From: Actinomycetes bacterium
GTDB taxonomy: Bacteria > Actinomycetota > UBA4738 > HRBIN12
Reading direction: 5' to 3'
NCBI GenBank assembly: GCA_021155985.1
Contig: JAJNBA010000001.1
Location: forward strand, 10,700-74,699
Length of the DNA stretch: 64,000 nt
In this document: piece by piece, positions 30,337 through 39,235 of the stretch
Position numbering within the stretch: the first letter of the stretch is position 1
How the letters are laid out: each line of letters starts with the position of its first letter
The notes under the pieces: generated by a model
What the model was told of the DNA's origin: nothing
Seen by the model: the letters and a program-made list of their open reading frames with translations, nothing else
Databases searched by the model: none
Program-made: the position numbers and the translations under genes

Positions 30337-31161
30337 ATGAGCGGCATCCTCTATCTCGTCGGCACGCCGATCGGGAACCTCGGCGACCTCTCCGACCGTG
30401 CCCGGGAGACGCTCGGCGCGGTGTCGGTCGTCGCGGCGGAGGACACGCGGCGGACCGGTCGCCTCCTCCGGTCCCTCGACATCCGCTCGCCCCTCGTCTC
30501 GATGTTCGAGGGCAACGAGGACCAGAGCGCGGCCGAACTGGTCGAGCGGCTCGATGCGGGGGACGACGTCGCGGTCGTCACCGACGGGGGAATGCCCTCG
30601 GTGTCGGATCCGGGGTATCGCATCGTCCGCCGTGCCGTGGAACGTGGGATCGAGGTTCGCGCCGTGCCCGGTCCGTCGGCCGCGATCGCCGCCCTCGTCC
30701 TCTCGGGATTCCCGACTGACCGGTTCGCGTTCGAGGGATTCCTGCCGCGGCGCCCGGGCGATCGCGGCCGCCGTCTCCAGGCGCTCCGGCACGACCCGCG
30801 GACGATCGTCTTCTTCGAATCCCCCCGGCGCGTCCGGACGCTCCTGCGCGAGATCGGCGCAGCCTTGGGCGATCGACGGGTCGCGGTGTGCCGGGAGCTG
30901 ACGAAGCTCCACGAAGAGGTCATCCGAGGCACCGTCCCCGACGTCCTCACGACGATCGAGGAGCGAGAGCTGAAGGGAGAGGTCACCGTCGTGGTCGAGG
31001 GCGATCATGAAGGAGCCCCGCTCGATCGGGCGGCCCTCCTCGAGGAGGTCCGCCGCCTGATCGCCGAGGGCATGCGCCCCCGGGACGCCGCTCGCTCCGT
31101 GGCGGAACACCACGGCGCGAGCGCCAACGAGCTGTACCGGGGGACGATCGACTCCGACTAA
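30337..31161 (+). CDS. rsmI: 16S rRNA (cytidine1402-2'-O)-methyltransferase RsmI
   Basis: N-terminus LYLVGTPIGNLGDLS plus AEDTRRTG and ESPRR blocks. Divergent from pmt, as in mycobacteria. Confidence 0.9.
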   Translation: MSGILYLVGTPIGNLGDLSDRARETLGAVSVVAAEDTRRTGRLLRSLDIRSPLVSMFEGNEDQSAAELVERLDAGDDVAVVTDGGMPSVSDPGYRIVRRAVERGIEVRAVPGPSAAIAALVLSGFPTDRFAFEGFLPRRPGDRGRRLQALRHDPRTIVFFESPRRVRTLLREIGAALGDRRVAVCRELTKLHEEVIRGTVPDVLTTIEERELKGEVTVVVEGDHEGAPLDRAALLEEVRRLIAEGMRPRDAARSVAEHHGASANELYRGTIDSD

Positions 31162-31204
31162 CGGCGGATTCCCTCAGGGGTTGTGCCCTCCCTACACTGG
31201 CCCG

Positions 31205-32083
31205 ATGGTGCAGGCGCCCCCTCCCCTCGGGCCGCAGCCGGTGCCCCCGCGCCCGGACGTCGGCGGGAGGGAGACCGATACGGCGAGCTCACGTCTCTTC
31301 GCCGCGTTCATCGCCACCTCGCTGGCGGCGATCATCCTCGGCGTGCTCGCGATCGGCGCCGTGCTACGGGAGCCTTCGCCGGTGGAGGCGGGCGCCGGCG
31401 GTCCGACGGCGGCGCCGTCGAAGACGACGGGCTCGCCGTCGCCCAGCGCCTCACCCACGGTCCGGGCGAAGGTCGACGGCGCGTTCAAGTTCCTCGAGCG
31501 GGTCGGCGGCGCCCCGGTCCGATGGAACCCGTGCGAGACGATCTCCTATGCCGTGAACACCGACGGCGCCAGGTCCTCGATCAAGCCGGACCTGGACGAA
31601 GCGCTGGCGCGGGTGACGCGCGCCACCCAGATCGAGTTCGTGTCCGTCGGCACGACGGAGGAGACGTTCCTGCGTGCCTATCAGCGGATGCGCTACAGGG
31701 GCGTGATCCGGAAGGCGGAGCTGATCATCATCTGGGTCGACCACGGCGACTACCAGGCGATCCTGCGGCGGCTCCACGATCCTCGCCCGTCGATCGCGTT
31801 CGCCAAGACGATGGCCGGGCTCTACGCCGACCAGGACCAGTACTTCGGGGGGATCATCGTGATGGATGCCGAGGCGACCTCCCAGCGGGGCTTCGGGCAT
31901 TCGTACGCGCACGGCTCGGTGTTGCTCCACGAGCTCGGGCACATCATGGGCCTGGACCACGTGAAAGACCCTGACCAGCTGATGTATTCGGGGCGGCACC
32001 CGAACTACGGACTCCAGGACTTCGGGGCCGGCGACCTCGAAGGGCTCAGACGCATCGGGATCGACGCCGGGTGTCTCGGATAG
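31205..32083 (+). CDS. membrane-anchored metzincin (matrixin/M10-like) zinc protease
   Basis: N-terminal Pro-rich region plus one TM. HELGHIMGLDH zinc motif followed by a Met-turn candidate (QLMY). ATG 31205 follows TACACT N6. Confidence 0.75.
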   Translation: MVQAPPPLGPQPVPPRPDVGGRETDTASSRLFAAFIATSLAAIILGVLAIGAVLREPSPVEAGAGGPTAAPSKTTGSPSPSASPTVRAKVDGAFKFLERVGGAPVRWNPCETISYAVNTDGARSSIKPDLDEALARVTRATQIEFVSVGTTEETFLRAYQRMRYRGVIRKAELIIIWVDHGDYQAILRRLHDPRPSIAFAKTMAGLYADQDQYFGGIIVMDAEATSQRGFGHSYAHGSVLLHELGHIMGLDHVKDPDQLMYSGRHPNYGLQDFGAGDLEGLRRIGIDAGCLG

Positions 32084-32145
32084 CGCCTCCTGGTCGATCC
32101 TCCTAGCACCCTGGCGAACGACGCGCCCTGGGTACGATGGCGCCC

Positions 32146-33693
32146 ATGGGCCGGGACGTCTTCTACATCACCACGCCGATCTACTACCCCAACGACGTGC
32201 CCCACGTCGGGCACGCCTACGATGCCGTGGCCGCCGACGTCATCGCCCGGCACCATCGGCTGCGGGGGGAAGAGGTCTTCCACCTCACCGGCACCGACGA
32301 GCATGGCCTGAAGCTGCAGCGCGCGGCCGAGGCAGCCGGCATGGATCCCCAACGATGGGTCGACGAGATGGAGCCCCGCTGGCGAGAGGTGTGGGCGCGG
32401 CTGGACATCGGTTACGACGACTACATCCGGACCACGGAGCCGCGTCACCAGGACGTAGTAGTCAAGGTACTTGACCAAGTCCACGAGAACGGACGTGACG
32501 ACATCTACCTCGACAGCTACGAGGGTCTGTACTGCGTGTCCTGCGAGCTCTACTACGTGGAGGGGGATCTCCTGGAGGGGCAGGTCTGCCCGATCCACGA
32601 GCGCCCGGTCGAGCTGATGAAGGAGCAGAACTACTTCTTCCGGCTCTCGGCGTACGCCGACCGCCTCCTGGAGCACTACGAGCGCACGCCGTCCGCCGTG
32701 GAGCCCGACATCCGGCGGAACGAGGTGCTGTCCCTGATCCGGGGCGGGCTCCGGGACTTCTCGATCAGCCGGACGAACTTCGACTGGGGGATCCCGCTGC
32801 CCTGGGACCCCGACCACGTCACCTACGTCTGGTTCGATGCCCTCACGAACTACCTCACGGCCGCCGGCTTCGGCGCGGACGAGAAGACCTTCGCGCGTCG
32901 CTGGCCGGCGAGCATCCACATGATCGGCAAGGACATCCTGAGGCAGCACGCGATCTACTGGCCGGCGATGCTGATGGCGGCCGGCATCGAGCCGCCCGCC
33001 CAGGTCTGGGCACACGGGTTCCTGACCGTCGGCGGCAAGAAGATGTCGAAGACGAACGCCACCGGGATCCATCCGTTCGAGCTGATCGACCGGTTCGGCG
33101 TCGACTCCTACCGGTGGTACTTCCTCCGGGAGATCCAGTTCGGGCAGGACGGTTCGTTCTCGCTCGAGTCGATGGTGGACCGCCACAACGCCGAGCTCTC
33201 CAACGGGATCGGCAATCTCGCCTCTCGCGTGCTCGCGATGCTGCGCTCCTACTTCGACGGCGTGCTGCCCGAGCCGACGTTCCCGGGCGCCGAGTCGGAC
33301 CTCCCGGAGGTGATCGCCACCGCGGTCCGCCGCTACGACGAGGAGATGCTGGCGGTGCGGCCGACAGCGGCGCTGGCCGCCGTCTACGACGTGGTGGTGC
33401 GCGCCAACCGGTACATGGTGGAGCGGTCTCCGTGGACCCTGGCCAAGGACCCGGCGAGGAGAGATGAGCTCGGGTCGATCCTCTACGCCTCGGCCGAGAC
33501 CCTGCGCTCGCTGGCGATCCTTCTCTCGTCCATCATGCCGAGCGCCGCCGGGCGGATGTGGGAACAGCTCGGCATCGAGGAAACCCTCGAAGCACAGCGT
33601 CTGGACCACGCGGCGGCGTGGGGGCGCATGTCTCCGGGCGCGCGCACGACGAAGGGTGAATCGCTCTTCCCGAGGGTCGACACGGCCGAGTAG
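32146..33693 (+). CDS. metG: methionine--tRNA ligase
   Basis: Motifs TTPIYYPNDVPHVGH (HIGH-type) and KMSKT. ATG 32146 follows TACGAT N7. The track start 32137 lies inside that hexamer. Confidence 0.95.
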   Translation: MGRDVFYITTPIYYPNDVPHVGHAYDAVAADVIARHHRLRGEEVFHLTGTDEHGLKLQRAAEAAGMDPQRWVDEMEPRWREVWARLDIGYDDYIRTTEPRHQDVVVKVLDQVHENGRDDIYLDSYEGLYCVSCELYYVEGDLLEGQVCPIHERPVELMKEQNYFFRLSAYADRLLEHYERTPSAVEPDIRRNEVLSLIRGGLRDFSISRTNFDWGIPLPWDPDHVTYVWFDALTNYLTAAGFGADEKTFARRWPASIHMIGKDILRQHAIYWPAMLMAAGIEPPAQVWAHGFLTVGGKKMSKTNATGIHPFELIDRFGVDSYRWYFLREIQFGQDGSFSLESMVDRHNAELSNGIGNLASRVLAMLRSYFDGVLPEPTFPGAESDLPEVIATAVRRYDEEMLAVRPTAALAAVYDVVVRANRYMVERSPWTLAKDPARRDELGSILYASAETLRSLAILLSSIMPSAAGRMWEQLGIEETLEAQRLDHAAAWGRMSPGARTTKGESLFPRVDTAE

Positions 33694-33819
33694 CCGGGGC
33701 CGGCCGAGCCGATCGAAGATCCGCGAAAGGCCCATCGACGGGTGACCGGCGGCTCAGGATGTTTCACGTGAATCTCCTCGGATGCACCGGAACTTGAGAC
33801 CGCCTATCATCGCGCGCCG

Positions 33820-34614
33820 ATGACCCGACCGAACCCTGAACTCCCGGTGCAGAGCGGGGTGGTGGACACCCACTGCCACCTGTTCTTGGTGGACCGGGAA
33901 CCTTCACTGGTGGTCGAGGCCGCGCGGGCGGCGGGCGTCGACCGCCTGCTGTGCGTCGGCGTGGACCCGGCGACGTCGGCCATGTCCCTCGAGCTGGCGG
34001 ATTCGATCTCCGGTGTCTTCGCCACCGCCGGGATGCATCCCCACGATGCCGGGCACTTCGACGAAGCGGCGGGCGCGAGGATCGAGGAGCTGCTCCACGA
34101 CCCCCGAGTGGTGGCCGTGGGGGAGTGCGGCCTGGACTTCTTCCGGATGCGATCGCCCAAGGAAGACCAGGTCCGGACGCTGCAGGCGCACATCTCGCTC
34201 TCGAACGAGTCCGGGAAGCCGATGGTCGTCCACGTCCGCGACGCGTGGCCCGAGGTCCTTCGAGTCCTGGATGAGGCTTCGGCGGAACGCGTCGTGATCC
34301 ATTGCTTCAGCGGCGACGCCGCGATCGCAACGGAGTGCGCCGAGCGCGGGTATTGGATCAGCTTCGCGGGCAACATCACGTACCCGAAGAACGAGCACCT
34401 CCGGCAGGCGGCGCGCGCCGTGGACGTCGACCGCATCCTCGTGGAGACGGACGCGCCGTTCCTCGCTCCGCAGACCCTCCGCGGGACCGACAACGAGCCT
34501 GCGAACGTCATCCACACGATCGCCGAGGTTGCACGCGTCCGCGACGAGGACGTGCGAAGCGTCTCGGAGGCGACGTCGCGCAACGCCGACGCAGCGTTCC
34601 CCGGTCTCTCCTAG
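33820..34614 (+). CDS. tatD: TatD family metal-dependent hydrolase
   Basis: Motifs VDTHCHL, GECGLDF, HCFSG, ETDAPFL. TATCAT lies 9 nt upstream of the ATG. Confidence 0.9.
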   Translation: MTRPNPELPVQSGVVDTHCHLFLVDREPSLVVEAARAAGVDRLLCVGVDPATSAMSLELADSISGVFATAGMHPHDAGHFDEAAGARIEELLHDPRVVAVGECGLDFFRMRSPKEDQVRTLQAHISLSNESGKPMVVHVRDAWPEVLRVLDEASAERVVIHCFSGDAAIATECAERGYWISFAGNITYPKNEHLRQAARAVDVDRILVETDAPFLAPQTLRGTDNEPANVIHTIAEVARVRDEDVRSVSEATSRNADAAFPGLS

Positions 34615-34640
34615 GCCGAACACACGTTCGCCGCTCAAGG

Positions 34641-34670
34641 TTGCAGTGAGAGTTGAGGGTTTGCTAGCGT
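34641..34670 (+). promoter_or_regulatory. candidate sigma-A-type promoter (TTGCAG - 18 nt - TAGCGT) inside a noncoding gap
   Basis: The locally AT-richer stretch GGTTGCAGTGAGAGTTGAGGGTTTGCTAGCGTGCGTTTT begins ~27 nt after the tatD stop. No start codon lies within 70 nt downstream. Confidence 0.4.
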
Positions 34671-35070
34671 GCGTTTTCCACAACAGCTTCCGAGGTCGCT
34701 CGCGTCCCGTGTGGGTACCGGGTCCTCGGAGGGAGCGGGCGGTAGATGCGCGACGTTCGGACGACGACTCGGCAGCATCTTCGGGTTCGGCGTGTGACGT
34801 CGTCATCGAACGAACGTCCCCGAGGTGTGGGGGACTGGTTGGTGGACGGAGCGGTGGTGCCCGGTTGGAAGCGCGTGGGCCTCACCGCCGAGACCTCGGT
34901 TTCCGCCGGCGGCGTCGGGACATCCTCGGCCGAGTCCGTGCGGGTTCTCGCGTTCGGGGAAGGTGCGCGAGGGCTCGACGACCACGGATCCGACCGGGGA
35001 GCTCCTCTCGGCCATGGGGATCGTGCCCTTCGCTGACGGCGTCCAGACAACAGCCAGCGCCCCCCTTCAC

Positions 35071-35103
35071 GTTCGGTCCCGGGCCTCCGGCCCGGGACCG
35101 AAC
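35071..35103 (+). terminator. perfect 15-bp GC-rich hairpin (possible terminator, processing or regulatory site) just upstream of rsmA
   Basis: GTTCGGTCCCGGGCC-TCC-GGCCCGGGACCGAAC. It ends 15 nt before the TACGCT hexamer of rsmA. There is no U-tract. Confidence 0.35.
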
Positions 35104-35130
35104 CCGTTCCGGCCCCGTTACGCTCCTCGC

Positions 35131-35997
35131 GTGAGCACCGCTGAACACGCATCGTTCGGCGCGGGCGCGTTGCGCGCCCTCGCCGAACGCCACGGCATCC
35201 GACCGAAGCGGTCACTCGGTCAGCACTTCCTGGTCGACCCGAACCTCGCGCGCGCGATCGCCGCGGATGCGGGGGTCGGGCCGGGCGACCGGGTCGTCGA
35301 GATCGGCGCCGGACTCGGCTCGCTCACGCGAGCGCTCGCGGAAGCGGGCGCCGAGGTGCTCGCGGTGGAGGTCGATCCCTCGCTGATCGCGGCGCTGGAG
35401 GAATCGGTCTCCGGGCTGGACCGGGTGCGGGTCCTCCATACGGATGCGACGGATCCCGAGTGGCAGGACGCCCTCGACGGCGACGGGTGGGTGCTGGCCG
35501 CGAACCTGCCGTACAACGTCGCCACCCACGTCGTGCTGGACACGCTGCGGGACGTCCCCCGGGTCCGGCGCCTCGTCGTGATGGTGCAGCGCGAGGTCGG
35601 CGAGCGTCTCGTCGCCGCCCCGGGCGAGTCCGCCTACGGGATCCCGAGCGTCCGCGTGGCCTACCGGGCCGAAGGCGCCCTGGTGCGCCGCGTGCCTCCG
35701 TCGGTCTTCTGGCCGCGCCCGAAGGTGGAGTCCGTGATCGTGCGGCTCGTGCGCCGGGACGAGCCGGCGGTGGCCGTCGACGAGCACCGGCTCTGGGCGG
35801 TCGTGGATGCCGCGTTCGGCGAGCGGCGGAAGACGATGCGGAACGCCCTCCGCCGGCTCGGCCTGGAGGGCGAGGTCGCGGACGAGCTGCTGGGAGCCGC
35901 CGACGTCGATCCCTCGGCCCGGGGAGAGACGCTCTCGCTCGAGGAGTTCGCGCGGATCGCCGGGTCCCTCCCCGAGGACACGGCGCCAGCGAGATGA
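35131..35997 (+). CDS. rsmA: 16S rRNA (adenine1518/1519-N6)-dimethyltransferase RsmA/KsgA
   Basis: Motifs LGQHFLVD, VVEIGAGLGSLT, ANLPYNV. GTG 35131 follows TACGCT N6. The 102-codon 5' extension in the track lacks homology. Confidence 0.92.
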   Translation: MSTAEHASFGAGALRALAERHGIRPKRSLGQHFLVDPNLARAIAADAGVGPGDRVVEIGAGLGSLTRALAEAGAEVLAVEVDPSLIAALEESVSGLDRVRVLHTDATDPEWQDALDGDGWVLAANLPYNVATHVVLDTLRDVPRVRRLVVMVQREVGERLVAAPGESAYGIPSVRVAYRAEGALVRRVPPSVFWPRPKVESVIVRLVRRDEPAVAVDEHRLWAVVDAAFGERRKTMRNALRRLGLEGEVADELLGAADVDPSARGETLSLEEFARIAGSLPEDTAPAR

Positions 35998-36914
35998 CCG
36001 GAGCCGAGATCCGGGGGCTGGTGATGCCTGCGCACGCGAAGATCAACGTGTTCCTGCGCGTGCTCGGCCGGCGCGACGATGGCTACCACGACATCGAGAC
36101 GATGCTGCTGCCGATCTCGCTCGCCGATCACGTGCGCGTGGAGCCGGCCGAGGAGCTCTCCGTGTCCGTTGAAGGATCCACCGCCGCAGGGCTGCCTGGA
36201 GGCGACGCGAACCTGGCGCTGCGGGCGGCGAGGGCGCTCGCCGCCGAGGCCGGCGGCGCGGAGCCGGTGGGCGCGCGCATCACGATCGACAAGCGGATCC
36301 CCGTCGCCGCCGGCCTCGGCGGCGGATCGGCCGATGCGGCGGCGACGCTGTTGCTGCTCGACGAGCTGTGGTCGACGGGGTTGGGCCGCGACGGCCTCTC
36401 CCGGCTCGCCGCGGAGATCGGATCCGACGTTCCCGCCCTGCTCCTCGGGGAGCCCGCGTACGCGAACGGACGCGGCGAGCGTGTAGCGACCGTCCTCGTG
36501 CAGTCGACGACCTGGGTCGTGAAGCCGTTCGCGTTCGGCGTGTCGTCCTCGGACGCCTACGCCTGGTGGGACGAGGAGCCGGTGACGGGTCCGGACGCCG
36601 GCGCCTTGATCGCTGCGGCGGAGGCCGGCAACGACGCCCTCGTCGGCAGCGCGCTCACCAACGACCTCCAGGGCCCGGTCGCCGCACGTCATCCCGAGAT
36701 CGCGGCGACGGTCGAAACGTTCGTCGACGCCGGTGCGCTCGGCGCCGTGATGACGGGGTCCGGTCCGACCGTGGTCGCGCTGTGCTCGTTCGCTGCGGCC
36801 GAGCACGTGGCGGGATCGGTCCCGGGAGCGTTCGTGGTGGAGGCGCCGCCGCGCGCGCCGGCTCCTGCCAGAATCGACGCCGGAACCGAAGCAGGTCCCT
36901 CCGGGGTGGTCTAA
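35994..36914 (+). CDS. ispE: 4-diphosphocytidyl-2-C-methyl-D-erythritol kinase IspE
   Basis: Motifs AHAKINVFLRV and PVAAGLGGGSADAAA (GHMP kinase). ATGA overlap with the rsmA stop. The last 15 nt run into tRNA-Gln. Confidence 0.9.
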   Translation: MTGAEIRGLVMPAHAKINVFLRVLGRRDDGYHDIETMLLPISLADHVRVEPAEELSVSVEGSTAAGLPGGDANLALRAARALAAEAGGAEPVGARITIDKRIPVAAGLGGGSADAAATLLLLDELWSTGLGRDGLSRLAAEIGSDVPALLLGEPAYANGRGERVATVLVQSTTWVVKPFAFGVSSSDAYAWWDEEPVTGPDAGALIAAAEAGNDALVGSALTNDLQGPVAARHPEIAATVETFVDAGALGAVMTGSGPTVVALCSFAAAEHVAGSVPGAFVVEAPPRAPAPARIDAGTEAGPSGVV

Positions 36915-36970
36915 CGGCAAGACACGGGCCTTTGGAGCCTGGTATGGAGGTTCGACTCCTCCCCCCGGAA
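36900..36970 (+). tRNA. tRNA-Gln (anticodon UUG)
   Basis: Hand-folded cloverleaf. Acceptor TCCGGGG/CCCCGGA, D stem GTCT/AGAC, anticodon stem CGGGC/GCCTG with loop CTTTGGA, T arm GGAGG-TTCGACT-CCTCC. CCA is not encoded. Confidence 0.85.
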
Positions 36971-36989
36971 CGGAACCTTCCGCCTCGCT

Positions 36990-37682
36990 CTATGCGTGCT
37001 CGTGCGTCCGCACGATGCTGCGGTCGGGAAGGCACTTTCGGTTGGGGGTGCGCTTCACCTCGATGATCGCCCGATACTCGCCCCTCCGATCCGGGAGCGC
37101 GACCTGGAACCGTCCCTCGATCCCTTCGCTTTCGTCATCGCCGATCGACGCGAACACACCAGAGATCTTCCGCTGGACCGTCACTAGGCGACCGACTCCG
37201 CACTCGAAGCGGGCTCGAGCGCCGACGTGCGGGAGTGTGACCCGACCGATCGCCTTCAGATGCCCCTCCAGGTGCATCTTGAGGACGACGCGATGGCGGA
37301 TGCGCCGGAACTGGAAGTCGGCGGTGGAGACGTCCTCACCCGTGGGATCCTCGACGCGGATCGGGCCGACGCCGGCTCCCGAGGGCACCCGGGCGGTGAT
37401 GGTCGCATCGGAGACCACGAAGAAGGGCGCCGCCTTCCCGTTGAACCGGACCGAGAACACATCGGTGAATCCTGAGCCGGTGATCGTGACGGTCGTTTTC
37501 CAGGGTCCGCCGTCCGGACTGAAGTCCGAGATCACCGGCACTCCCACACCCTGAATCAGGGCGACGGATGAGATCGATGGGGGCGCGGCCTGAGCGACTG
37601 CTGGGAGCAGGCAGAGCGCGATGAGGCTCAGCGTGAAGAACGTTCGCGGCACACGCGGGTGGGTTGCTTTGGGCGAGAACAC
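36990..37682 (-). CDS. secreted IPT/TIG domain protein with C-terminal beta-sandwich-like domain
   Basis: Signal peptide (LIALCLLPAVAQA). IPT/TIG pattern PVISDFSPDGGPWKTTVTITGSGF...RFNG. TACGTT lies 9 nt upstream of GTG 37682. GC looks visibly lower than in flanking genes. Confidence 0.65.
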   Translation of the reverse strand: MFSPKATHPRVPRTFFTLSLIALCLLPAVAQAAPPSISSVALIQGVGVPVISDFSPDGGPWKTTVTITGSGFTDVFSVRFNGKAAPFFVVSDATITARVPSGAGVGPIRVEDPTGEDVSTADFQFRRIRHRVVLKMHLEGHLKAIGRVTLPHVGARARFECGVGRLVTVQRKISGVFASIGDDESEGIEGRFQVALPDRRGEYRAIIEVKRTPNRKCLPDRSIVRTHEHA

Positions 37683-37805
37683 CGGAAGCGGAACGTATCA
37701 GGTAGCAACGCCGGACCTCATGGAGAGATCCGCGCGAGCCACGCGCGTTGGCGGTATGGGACCATGGCCTCGGCCTTCCCGCCCCCGACGGAGAGAAGGA
37801 CTGAC

Positions 37806-39227
37806 GTGGGCACGACACCCAAGCGCACCCCGCGATCGCTCGCCGCCGTGGTGCTCGCTGCCGGCAAGGGGAAGCGCCTGCGGTCGGACATCCCCAAGGT
37901 GCTTCATCCCGTCTGCGGCCGACCGGTCCTGTGGCACACCCTCCAGGTCGTGCGTGCCGCGAAGCCCGCGAGGATCGTCGTCGTCGTCGGCCACGGGGCC
38001 GACGACGTCCGCGAGGCCGTCGAGTCCTGGGGCATCGAGCCCGCGCCCGTCTTCGTCGAGCAGGCCGAGCAGCTCGGGACCGGACATGCGGTCCAGCTCG
38101 CAGAGGACGCTGTGGGCAAGGCCGCGGAGGTTCTGGTGGCGAACGGGGACTTCGATCCGATCACCGTCGCCGACGTCCGGAAGCTCCTGTCCTCGCATCG
38201 GCGTTCCGGCGCGGCCGTCACGCTCGGCTCCACGATCCTCGACACCCCCGGCGGCTACGGCAGGGTCGTCCGCGACGGGAGGCGCGTCGTCGACGTGGTC
38301 GAGGGCCGCGATGCGCCGCCCGCCGTCCGGAAGATCCACGAGGTCGCGACGAACTGGATCGCGTTCCGCAGGGATCTGCTGTTCGCGACCCTGCCGCTCC
38401 TCGACCGGGAGAACCGGCAGCGCGAGTACTACCTGAACCGGGCGATCTCGATCCTCCTCGACAAGGGCGAGCGTGTCGACGCCGTCGAGTGCGACACCGG
38501 CGGGGTGCTCGGCGCGAACACCCGCAAGGGCCTCGCCGGTCTCGAGGCGCTGATCCGTCGCCGGACGAACGACTCCCTCATGGCCGCCGGGGTCCGCCTG
38601 ATCGATCCCTCCGCCACCTACATCGATGTCGAGGTCCGTCTCGGCAAGGACACGGTCGTCTACCCGAACACGTTCCTGGAGACGGGGGTCCGGATCGGCG
38701 CCGGCTGCAGGATCGGTCCGTCCGCCGCGATCGCCCGCTCCCGGGTGGGCGATCGCTCGGTCGTATCGTTCTCGGTCCTCGAGGACGCCCGCGTCGGGAA
38801 GGACTGCGAGGTCGGTCCGTTCGCGCGTCTGCGGCCCGGGGCGGTCCTCCAGGACGGTGCCCACGTCGGCAACTACGTGGAGGTCAAGGGCTCGCGGATC
38901 GGCAGGGGCTCGAAGGCCAAACACCTCACGTACATCGGCAACGCTGAGCTCGGGGCGGGGGTGAACGTCGGGGCCGGGACCGTCGTCGTGAACTACGACG
39001 GGTACGACAAGCACACCACCGTGATCGGCGACGGGGCGAGGATCGGGTCGGATACGATGCTGGTGGCGCCGCTGAAGGTCGGCAAGGGCGCCGTCACGGG
39101 GGCCGGATCGGTGATCACCAAGGACGTGCCGGCGGGCGCGCTGGCCGTGGAACGGTCCGACCAGAAGAACGTGAAGGGGTACCGGGAGCGCGCCGACGCC
39201 AAGCATCGGTCGAAGGGCGAGCACTAG
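37806..39227 (+). CDS. glmU: bifunctional UDP-N-acetylglucosamine pyrophosphorylase / GlcN-1-P acetyltransferase GlmU
   Basis: LAAGKGKRL nucleotidyltransferase motif plus C-terminal hexapeptide repeats. GTG 37806 has a GGAGAGAAGGA SD. Confidence 0.9.
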   Translation: MGTTPKRTPRSLAAVVLAAGKGKRLRSDIPKVLHPVCGRPVLWHTLQVVRAAKPARIVVVVGHGADDVREAVESWGIEPAPVFVEQAEQLGTGHAVQLAEDAVGKAAEVLVANGDFDPITVADVRKLLSSHRRSGAAVTLGSTILDTPGGYGRVVRDGRRVVDVVEGRDAPPAVRKIHEVATNWIAFRRDLLFATLPLLDRENRQREYYLNRAISILLDKGERVDAVECDTGGVLGANTRKGLAGLEALIRRRTNDSLMAAGVRLIDPSATYIDVEVRLGKDTVVYPNTFLETGVRIGAGCRIGPSAAIARSRVGDRSVVSFSVLEDARVGKDCEVGPFARLRPGAVLQDGAHVGNYVEVKGSRIGRGSKAKHLTYIGNAELGAGVNVGAGTVVVNYDGYDKHTTVIGDGARIGSDTMLVAPLKVGKGAVTGAGSVITKDVPAGALAVERSDQKNVKGYRERADAKHRSKGEH

Positions 39228-39235
39228 GGGGGACC

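Noticed and set aside
34927-35012. Possible c-di-AMP (ydaO-type) riboswitch, since that class precedes rpf genes in actinobacteria
   Set aside because: Only loose similarities are present (GGCCGAGUCC..., CCGACCGGGGAGC). The segment is too short and I could not place the conserved pseudo-symmetric cores. A covariance-model scan is needed before any call.
34746-35036. 96-codon ORF in the tatD-rsmA gap preceded by GGAGGGAG
   Set aside because: The SD spacing is long (12-15 nt). Hand-counted GC3 is about 72% against about 86% or more in real genes here. The N-terminus is basic and low complexity with no family resemblance. I kept it as part of the noncoding-region finding.
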